Of a stretch of DNA of 64,000 bases, positions 27,601 to 37,353 are shown piece by piece (position 1 is the first letter of the stretch; each line of letters opens with the position of its first letter). The position numbers and the translations under genes were made by a program. The DNA lies in contig NC_092675.1 in assembly GCF_964355755.1 (NCBI RefSeq), forward strand, positions 16,154,912 through 16,218,911, written 5' to 3'. The notes beneath the pieces were generated by a model. It did not search any database. It saw nothing but the letters and a program-made list of their open reading frames with translations, and was not told the DNA's origin. The DNA is from Antedon mediterranea. Its lineage: Eukaryota > Animalia > Echinodermata.

Positions 27601-30600
27601 ACTCGGCTCATCGCCTCGTTGAAATATAACCTTTCATCATTCACCTCGTGCCATTATTTGTACCATTACACTCATAAACATTCATTATTTGTATAATATA
27701 GTATACACAGTATAATCTGTATACATATCACATACAGTGTAGAATAGGTGAAATTACGAGACCCACTATTTATTTCAATTTTTAACATATTGACGGTTTC
27801 AAAATGAAACGTGAAGGTAGCAATTTCGGAAGGAAAGTATCTCAGCAACAACATATTAACATCTGATGACATCAGAACATCCGATTGGCAAAATGTTCAC
27901 ATAAATTCGTATCTACAATCCAATAGCTTCCAGAAAACATTTTAATCATGATTATCACATTTTATTCTTACTAGCTATAACAGATTAAAATTTACTGTAA
28001 AGATGAAATTAATGACCCACGTAATTTAAATTTTTAGGCATGATGACATCATAAAAATTAAAATATTTTTAACTCATGCGAAAGATAGTTGATTGAACTA
28101 GACAATATTAAAATCTCGGAGAAAATGGAATATGGATAAGCGTGATTCGCTCCATTGAATGTGATTAACAATAACGAAAGAGGCAAAAATCCTATATTTT
28201 ACATTCGTGTGGCCATACGATGATGTCATAACATCCGTGAGGAAAAAATTCTGCATGAATTCATATCTACAACATATCTGCTTACATATTAAGTTAAAAA
28301 AATTAGGGGTAATCGTTGATCCTGAGGAGCTATAATAGATTCAAAAGAGGTATAATTTTGACAATATTTTGTAACTTTTGCAACTAAAACGCACACAAAT
28401 GGTCTAAATCAACGTGTACGTACGACGTCATTTTAATTTGAAATGATGTCAATCTTGTTCAAAATAATTTTTTGCGCGCGCGCGGGAATTTTTGACATGC
28501 TCAAAATGTCATGAATCGCGTAAAAAGTTGATTAGAAATTAATTTTGCGCATTTTGAAATTTTAAATGCGCGTCCGTGTGTAACTTCTTGTAAAACATGC
28601 CATTTTTAATCCACAAAAAGTTTGCTCTTGATATGACTTAAACTTTCACAAAGTGTCAATTAAAAATTACTTTTAGTTTTTAATCTATGATCAATCATAA
28701 AAAATCATAAATCGCGCGTAAGTCACGTTACGCAACTCTGACGTCTTTCAAAAATAGGAGGTGACCAACTTCAGGTAAATGTCCACATGTTGTCAAAGTT
28801 ATGAAATGTTATGTTTACACATTTTAGAGAAACGCGCTGCACAAAAATAGCGAGAAAGAAAGAAGAATAATACAGAAAAACTAGATTTGAACTCGTCACT
28901 TTGACGAGTTCGGGTTATCCGCGCAAACGCAACATGCACATACTTAACTATATGAACCTCGACAATTATTATGCCATCCTATGACATGAAATAAATATGT
29001 TTACAGTGCTGAATTGTACCTATTATGTAGCATACACCATATTACAGTATTTTACAGAATAAACTGTATATGTTATATACAGTGTAGCATAGACAGAATT
29101 ACGAGACCCATCTTTTAAATCCAATTATAAACACGATGACATCATCAAATTGACATATAAAGATAACAATTTACCAGTTGCGGATAACAAAAAAAGATAT
29201 TTACAATCACAAGGGGTATCCGCAACTACTAAGTTGCGGATAACCCCAAAAAAAAAATATTGATCCCATACAATAACAAGGAGTTATCCGCCAAGTGCGG
29301 ATAAAAGTGCGGATAACTAAAAAGAAAAAAAAAAGATCCTGACAATAAGTCAATGCGGATAACCAATTAAATATCAGACCAAAACATAGAGGGTGCTATA
29401 ATTGTTTTAAAACATAGAGGGAACTACTGTTTTTTTTTTAAATTTTAGAATGTGGTGTGGTGATTGAAAGATGTTTGTCCTGCAAACACAAGATCGTGTG
29501 TTCTACTTTAATCTTTCTAGATCATTCTTATTTAAATAAAAATGTTTATTGACCATACTTTAAGATATCTAAAATAAATGTAAAGCAATTATACTTACGC
29601 ATCTATGTTTAATTTTGGTGAAACAATTACATAGATGAGGAGAGCACCAAATATGACTAAATAGCTACCATACCAAATGAGATTCTCTATAAACGCTGAT
29701 TTTAACTTTCCCCGTACAGTAAAATCACCAGCATTAGCATAGGATTTAAGCAAAGGTATAACAGCCCTATAATGAAAATATTTAAAAAATCAGATGAATG
29801 AAATAAAATTGACAGCAATTAAATACAGTCCTTGTTAAGTGATAATGACCCCTCTCCCATCAGAGCTAAATGTATGACAATGTAAAGCACCATACAAGCT
29901 CTTTGCATGACATAGCAACAACCACTAAATGGGCAAACCATCTTATTATTATCATCGCAATGGGCTAATTGTAAAGTATCATCTTGTATCTAAAGTTAAG
30001 TGTTATAACTGCAGGCTTTGAATGTTGTTGTTATTTTTGTTACACACCAAGGATAGCCCACTATAGTCCGTAGACTTGTTTCCAGTGGGATCCTTCTGGT
30101 GGTGAATTGGGCAGTACACCGGAAGACGATCCCCTACTCTTTTTTTGGTGTTCTTTAACGTGTACATGAGCCATGTTGCATACGAAACCAATGGCTTAAC
30201 GTCTCATCTGAAAAACGGAAACCTGCAAGTTGGAACACACAGAGTGTGGTGATGGTATGATGGTAGAAATATAGATTAAACATTCTAAAAAAATCACCAT
30301 GTTAATAGAAATGTTGTCCAATAAACAATCTTCCATATAATAGGTAGAATATCAGGAACATAGCTCCAGGGTTCCTGACAGTTTACAGCATCTCTGACGG
30401 ATCGCCTATGAGTTGCATTCGCATCATAGTCATCAGAATTGTTCGTCACCATTGTGCTAATGATTGCTGCTGCTGAAGTTGTTGTAGTTCTTTCATCCTC
30501 CACTGGCATTGAAGGACTGTTTTTGGTAGAGTCATGATCAGCTTTGCATTGCTGATAAAATGTCTAAGTAATAAACATAACAATCAATATATAAAATAAC

Positions 30601-31080
30601 AAATTTGCTGCAGAAGTAACATATTACTATAACTGTTTTTTTTGCAATAATTTAACTTGCCTAGATAATGTACTACAATTTAAATTAATCTAAAAGAATT
30701 GCAATATGTACTAGGGTCAGCTTTAATATAATTTGTATCCTGGGTGAATGAAGTTTTTTAACATTAATACCAAGTAGTGAGCCCTCTCTATCCGAATATA
30801 GTTTTCCTTTATATATTTTGTTAAGTACTACACTTAGTTTCTCAGTGCTTTCAATTCATTTATTTGGTTTTTTTTGGCATAACATACATTTTTAATTAAC
30901 ACTTACCGCTGAAACATCAAGTGGAATGAGAAAGATTATAATCAATGAAAAGTACCAAGAGATAAAAGTGATGATGGTAACAAGTGGATGCTGTTTCCTC
31001 CAGTTACCATATTTATGCAATAAGTAAGCCGACAACACGAAGATGCAGATGATCTCTACCACCAGCGGACCCACACTCAT
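18657..31080 (-). CDS. LMBRD2: LMBR1 domain-containing protein 2, 11 coding exons
   Basis: Exons in transcript order: 30907-31080, 30298-30563, 29599-29766, 23741-23951, 22969-23270, 22170-22419, 21615-21748, 20772-20880, 20232-20436, 19946-20104, 18657-18862, all GT-AG and in frame. Motifs [49 protein letters not shown]-terminal IFDDI. Confidence 0.93.
19207..19831. mobile_element. Non-autonomous TIR element with TTAA TSD (Kolobok-like)
   Basis: TTAA|AGACCCCTTCCCTGC ... GTAGGGAAGAGGGCT|TTAA; purine-purine termini. Confidence 0.65.
20881..21525. repeat. Degenerate tandem triplication (units about 170-250 bp) in an LMBRD2 intron
   Basis: Recurrent blocks CAAAGCTA(A/G)TGATG, TACAGTACTTATT, TTTCTAAA..AAATTATGTTT, TGATTCAGTATCTATTGCATA. 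Confidence 0.7.
22745..22935 (-). mobile_element. tRNA-derived SINE with Meta/CORE-like central domain
   Basis: Minus: GTGGCGCAGTG (A-box), GTTCAAATCC (B-box), GGCAAGACACTTTAC...CTCTCTCCACCCAGGGGTACAAATGGGTACC. Confidence 0.6.
23981..25546 (+). mobile_element. Non-autonomous Helentron/Helitron2-like element (HINE)
   Basis: 5' TAGGTGATCATTT (23982) with subterminal complement AAATGATCACCTA (25502), then hairpin TAATTCGTCA-AAG-TGACGAATTA and CTAGT end. Confidence 0.65.
25605..29365 (-). mobile_element. Tandem array of about three related Helentron-like elements
   Basis: Three 3' ends on minus (GCGGATAAC..AACTCGTC-loop-GACGAGTT..CTAGT) at about 25607, 26628 and 28879; TTATCCGC 5' repeats at 29180-29365; 25720-26620 is homologous to 28030-28880. 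Confidence 0.6.
26781..27698. mobile_element. Non-autonomous element with asymmetric inverted repeat and long terminal hairpin (Crypton-like)
   Basis: TATTATATAACACCTA (26781) vs TAGATGTTATATAAAA (27510); about 80-bp-arm hairpin 27525-27692; ends TATAATA. Confidence 0.55.
30015..30215 (-). mobile_element. SINE fragment with Nin/Deu-like domain
   Basis: Minus: CAGATGAGACGTTAAGCCATTGG...CACGTTAAAGAAC...AAGAGTAGGGG...CCGGTGTACTG, ending in (AAC)n. Confidence 0.55.
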
Positions 31081-32957
31081 GCTTTTAATTTGTCACTGTT
31101 ACTCTAGAAGAAACATAGACATGTTGTTAATAATAACAAATATATAATAGTTGAACAACCTAAATGGAGAATAAAAATTGCCAGCATTATTATAAATAAC
31201 TATTACTAGGCCTAGGCCTTTTAGTAAGAGGTCTTTCAGTAGTGAAATACCCCTCCTGATAATGGTTTAGCCTACCGCGTGACCCAATGTAATGTGCGTC
31301 ACTAACGAAGAGAGCAGCGGTCTCTTTTGAAATTGGTTTTGACTAGTGACCACGGATAACGCTTACCGCTATACCAGGTACACACTAGATATAGATATTT
31401 GCCTTACGTATTCCACAGCATGGATTAAGGAATAGAAGGATATGCATCAGTTTGAGATAAAAACTTCCATGACTCTAGCCGACAGAGTGCGGACCGCCCA
31501 CAATGTTACAAAATAAACACAGTTTAATTAACCGTTGTTACGGTCGCATGCCTAATATATTGTTTACTGCACATGATCAACAACCTTTAACCTTGTTGGC
31601 TATGCTTTCGCGCGCTCTTGCTGGCGCGATTAATATTTTATATTTTTAACGCTAGCTGCTAAACTTTATGCGACGTACAGTATTTAATATTACTTTTCTG
31701 AATTCAAATTAAACGATCTCCCAGAAATATTACAAGATTATTAATAAATGTAATTACAAGATTGAATACAAATTGTTTGTAAATTGTAGTACCCTTTGGG
31801 TTAAAAAAACATTAATTTTGCCATGTTTGCGATTGATTTACGCTAATGTTTTTATGACCTTAAAGTAGCATGACCTGTAGTAGCCCTACAAAATCAGTAA
31901 GGATACTAGGCCCAGGTCTTCTAGGCTTACTAGTAAACCCTATGTTTTGCCAACATTGATATAGGCCTATAGGTACAGTAGGCCTATTGGCAGGCTAATC
32001 GTAAGTTTAGTAGCTAACATGTGTAATCATGATCTATATACTCATCGTTGTCTACTTTGTGTGGGAATAATGATACAGTAATAGACAAGGTACTTTTATG
32101 CTTCGTTTGCCTTGCGTCTACTTTTCAAAACGAAACGATCTCTAGAGAGTAGTAGAATCGGTGGTGACGTATCGCAACTATACATAGCCAGCCAATCCCG
32201 GATCAGGGATCGCAGTTTTCATTCAATTAGGCCTGGTGATTGGATGTGATGTGGATGACATAACCACATCGATAATTAAGGAGATTTATGAAGAAACCAC
32301 TGCTTAGCCATATATTAATTATGACACGGTAAAAACATACATGGTCAAATGCATAATTTAATATTCTATAGATTAACGCAATTTTTAATGGCAGGAGGTG
32401 GCAGACCAATGTGATAATTCAAATATAACAATTGCATATTTTATTAATATAATTACCAACTACTTAAAATTATCGGTCGTAAGAAAGTTTATACTTTTCG
32501 TAGTCCGATTGTGATGAAATTAAAACAGAATTTTTCAGCAATATATTGTTGAGGTCAATTAATCATCGACGCAGACATGCCAATAGAACAATCAGACTGC
32601 GCATACGATTTCTACATGGCTACGTTTTGTTCTCAAAAAATGTAACAGTTGATTCGCAGCGTTCTATAGAGGGCCGTGGTTAGAAACACAGAGTTTCTTG
32701 ATTGGCAGCAGTGCTTTAGTATAGGCAAGCGCGTTGGAAAATCGTTTGATGTCAACGTCAATGCATATCCTTCAATTCCTTAATACATGTCCACACCAAA
32801 GAGACAACACGAACCGGAAAGCGAGTGAGATGCATTCTACCAGGTTGAACAGAGCTTTCAAGTCAGCCACTCGTCGGATTACACTCCCCGGTATGTCTTG
32901 TGGAAAAGATTAAAACATATATTAGTGCAACGAGCTGCTGGGTGATGAGCACCAGGA

Positions 32958-33215
32958 AATTTCTCCATTTTGGACAAATCGGATTTCTCTATTGGACAGT
33001 TTCTCTATATTGGACACAGCGCTTCTCTATTCCGGACAGAAATGTCCCCATTTTGCACAAATCGAATTTCTCTATATTGGAAAGTTTCTCTATTTTGGAC
33101 ACAGCACTTCTCTATTCTGGACAAAAATGTCCCCATTTTGGACAAATCGGATTTCTCTATTGGAACAGTTTCTCTATATTGGACACAGCACTTCCCTATT
33201 CTGGACAAAAATGCA
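32958..33215. repeat. Compound tandem repeat of 15-21-bp subunits
   Basis: Repeated TTCTCTA(T)TTTGGACA / GGACAAATCGGATTTCTCTATTGG / GGACACAGCAC blocks. Confidence 0.75.
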
Positions 33216-33698
33216 CTGTATGAATTCGTCAAAATGCTGTTAGTGTTTGGCCTATCCAACTGACCGGTTACATTCTCCTGTGCCATGGGGTTAGTACTAC
33301 GGGGGTTGGTATGGGACATTGTAGCATTCCTTGACAATATTGTCGTGCTGGGCAAAACCTTTGCAGACCATCTAAATAAGTTAACCAATGTCCTGGGTAG
33401 ACTTAGGAATGCCAACTTTTAACTAAAACCTGTTGTACCGTCTGACTGAGAAGGGAGCCCAATTTGGAGAGGACCAGCAGGTCGCTTTTGAAACTCTCAA
33501 GAATGCAGTGGTTCAACCTCTTGACTTAACATGACCGAACACAAGTGATGAATTCATACTGGATGTAGATGTACCAGATCACGCCATCGGTGGTGAACTG
33601 CTGCAGGTACAAGAGGATAAGAAACAAGAAATCGCCTACGGTACCACCCGGTTTAACGCTGAACGTAACTACTGCACGACCCGTAAGTAGTTGCTGGC

Positions 33699-35137
33699 GG
33701 GTATTGCTAAACTGCGCAAACACTGCGCAAACACTTCGCAAACAACAAAAAAAGCTGCGCAAACCTCCTTCAAACCAATTAATATTTATTAGAACACAAC
33801 TAGAACTATATAGGGAGACAATTTATGGGAAAAAGAATTTGAAATTCCTTTAAATTTGCCTTTTTTTGGGTGAAAAACTTCAAATTTGGGAAAATTACTG
33901 ATTTCACAGCGCAAACCCCCCAAAAAAGCTGCGCAAACCTCCTTCAAACCAATTAATATTTATTAAAACACAACTAGACCTATATAGGGAGACAATTTAT
34001 GGGAAAACAAATTTGAAATTCCTTTATTAAAGTTTGCCTTTTTTTGGGTGAAAAACTTCAATTTTTGGGAAAATTACTGATTTCACAGCGCAAACAACAA
34101 AAAAAGCTGCGCAAACCTCCTTTAAATCAATTATTATTGATTAGAACACAACTAGAACTATATAGGGAGACAATTTATGAGAGAAAAAAATTGAAATTCC
34201 TATAAGTTTGCCTTTTTTGGGTTAAAAACTTCAATTTTTGGGAAAATTACTGATTTCACAGCGCAAACCACAACAAAAAGCTGCGGAAACCTCCTTTAAA
34301 TCAATTAATATTGATTAGATAACAACTAGACCTATATAGGGAGACAATTTATGGGAAAACAAATTTGAAATTCCTTTAAATTGCCTTTTTTTGGGTGAAA
34401 AACTGCAATTTTTGGGAAAATTACTGATTTCACAGCGCAAACCCCCTAAAAAAGCTGCGCAAACCTCATTCAAACCAATTAATATTTATTAGAACACAAC
34501 TAGAACTATATAGGGAGACATTTTATGGGGAAAAAAATTGAAATTGCTGTAAGTTTGCCTTTTTTTGGGTGAAAAACAGAAAATTACAGATTTCACAGAT
34601 TTACTGTAAAGGTTTGCGCAACTGCGCAACCTCAAAAAAAGCTGCGCAAACCTCCTTCAAATCAATTAATATTGATTAGATAACAACTAGAACTATATAG
34701 GGAGACAATTTATGGGAAAACAAATTTGAAATTCCTTTAAGCTTGCCTTTTTTTGGGTGAAAACTTCAATTTTTGGGAAAATTGAAGTTTTCACCCAAAA
34801 AAAGGCAAACTTAAAGGAATTTCAAATTTTTTTTCCCATAAATTGTCTCCCTATATAGGTCTAGTTGTGTTTTAATCAATATTAATTGATTTAAAAGAGG
34901 TTTGCGCAGCTTTTTTTGTTGTTTGCGCTGTGAAATCAGTAATTTTCCCAAAAATTGAAGTTTTTAACCCAAAATAGGCAAACTTAAAGGAATTTCAAAT
35001 TTTTTTTTCTCATAAATTGTCTCCCTATATAGTTCTAGTTGTGTTATAATCAATAATAATTGTTTTGAAGGAGGTTTGCGCAGCTTTTTTTGTTGTTTGC
35101 GCAGTTTGCGCAGTGTTTGCGCAGTTTAGCAATACCC
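33699..35137. mobile_element. Foldback/MULE-type non-autonomous element built of about 173-bp tandem units, 9-bp TSD
   Basis: TIR GGGTATTGCTAAACTGCGCAAACACTGCGCAAA and its complement; TSD GTTGCTGGC at 33690-33698 and 35138-35146; about six forward and two inverted units, switching orientation near 34780. Confidence 0.85.
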
Positions 35138-36987
35138 GTTGCTGGCCTTTTTGTGTAAGACCCAACCAGCAGTCTGACTTGGTTCCTGAATTTCAAGGAT
35201 TCTCAAGGGCAACTGGCTCATTGGATGGAGGATCTCAGCCAGTACACCATGATGGTAGTTGAACATCGAAAGTGAATTGTTTAGTTCTTTATGTAAAGTT
35301 TTACACATCCACAATCTGTAAATAGAAATGTATCCAAATCCACCTATGGAGATTAGCACAACCAATATCAGATTGACGCAGCAGCAGGTTGATGGGAAGT
35401 GGTGGTCCTTGGAGGAGCAAGAAGAAACGGACAGTGACTGCTTCAACGAGCGACTGCTCAACGCTGTACTGTACCACCACTATACCAACTGCGGAGGTCA
35501 GTGAAGACGTTGCCAGAGTGGAGACTGCCATTGGCCCGGAACCAGAGCACAAGCCATCAATCGCAGCAACATCTGACCAATAACCACAGAGGAAAAATCT
35601 GTGTGTGACTAGCTTGCGGTACATAACATGTGGAGGCATGTATGGGTGCAGCACCTTCCCACAAGACGCAGACCAAGCTGTACCTGCTGCGAAAAAATGC
35701 TACAGATTGAAATCATGGGGAGATCTGAGGCCATATATAGGCTGTATAGAGGAGATACATGTCATTGCCTTTGGCGAGATGCAGGGCTCGCAGAATCCTA
35801 AAATATTTGGTTGCCCATCGGGCAAGTAGGTTTTAGATTTTGGTTGCCCTCATCATTTTTTTACTTGCCCACTATTTTAACTTAATTTTAATGTTTTATA
35901 CCGCGACTGCACCGCGGAAAAACGTCGGTGAAAAACGCCTATGCTTAATACACTGTGGTGTTTTTTTCGATGGATTTTAAAGTAGTGAAAACAATTTTTC
36001 AAATTTTTTCAATTACACAGTGATGTAGGCCAATCTTTTAAGAACATTTTACAGTAATTTATTTTCTCATACGATCCTCCGTACAAGAGTTGCGATTGTT
36101 TAATTAACATGGTGTCCTGAAATCCCTTGAAAACGCTATGTTATTTCTGTTGGTTACGCTTCGTTGCACGGCATTGTTTGTCATCGATCGAAGATGTGTT
36201 CCGTTTCGTGAATGAAAAAGGCGTATTCACGTGGGTTTACTTTGGGAGCAAAAACGTTTTGCTTCTATTGTGCAATGAAATTCCGAAATCAAGCTATTTT
36301 GCGATATTTAAAATGTAGTGGCCTAGACATGGCACTAATTATCTTACAATTATTTAATAGATATATCTAAAATATTGCCTATAGAAATGTAGGCCTCCTA
36401 GGCCTAAAAAGTACTTATGAAGGTGATGAGCTTGTAACGCGTTGAAATCATAGAGAAGAAAAAAAAAACAAACATCAACTGACGTCCGTCTACGTGACGT
36501 GAAACAATACGCATGCGTATAGCAAAAAACCTCACAGCAGCTGCCGTAACGTAGTAGGAGCACATGGGTACGGTGTGTGGAGAGTGCGGGCTTGTGGAGG
36601 TTTGCTTGTTGTTTCAGTTGAAGCTCGCACAGGTTGGATAAAAACAACCATCTGCTCGCACAAGTTGGTGATTGAAAACAACACAAGGGAACTGTGCCGA
36701 ATTGTGGTGAAAACCACGTGCTCCGCCAAGTTGGAGTTTTTGAAAGTTCAACTCTCGGCGATACCCGAAGAAGTGTATTATTTTCAATGTTGATAATAAA
36801 AAATATACTGTAACTATTTAAGTATTCAATGTATTTATTAAATAAATTATTAGGCCTATTAAATTTATATTCTGTAATATTTATAAAAAAAATGGTAGGC
36901 CTACTTGCCTGTGTTAAAAACATCGGCCGCCGCCTATTTGGCACAGACTACACAAACCAACAGTGGTGTTGGTAGTCTATGAGTGCC

Positions 36988-37157
36988 GCTTACCTGGATA
37001 AACCAACATAAGCCTCTCTCTCCGACGAGAGGTAAACATTACGAAAAGAAGAACATTAATAACATTAATTTTTCCCCACCCCCGTCGGATAATGGATCAG
37101 TCCGCCACCAGTACGCCCTCAAGTGAGACACACCCACTTATCATCGTCATCATTTCT
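36988..37157. repeat. DIRS 3' inverted terminal repeat (with terminal extension 36945-36987)
   Basis: Reverse complement of 42126-42295 with no mismatch seen by eye. Confidence 0.93.
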
Positions 37158-37192
37158 CAAGACCACCTGCCTGAGGGGACGGTAGGGAGGGC

Positions 37193-37290
37193 GTTTATCC
37201 AGGTAAGCGGCACTCATAGACTACCAACACCACTGTTGGTTTGTGTAGTCTATATCGTGCCTAGCTTACCTGGATAAACCAACATAAGCC
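37193..37290. repeat. DIRS internal complementary region (circle-junction copy)
   Basis: First part complements 36945-37003; second part complements 42269-42312; the two overlap on GTCT. Confidence 0.93.
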
Positions 37291-37353
37291 AGTGTAGCAC
37301 CGGACTAGAGTCTAGTCGGAGGCGGGAGGCAAGGTAAACATTGTCATACATAC

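Noticed and set aside
31899-31906. GTATCCTT on minus as a U12 donor in the LMBRD2 5' UTR intron
   Set aside because: The acceptor at about 31104 has a pyrimidine tract and no TCCTTAAC-like branch; likely chance.
33740-35100. CRISPR-like repeat array
   Set aside because: Whole 173-bp units are repeated with no unique spacers, inside a TIR/TSD element in a eukaryotic genome; no cas genes.
36945-37350. Hammerhead ribozyme in the DIRS termini
   Set aside because: No CUGANGA...GAAA core with proper stems seen by eye; the inverted repeats are explained by ITR/ICR architecture.
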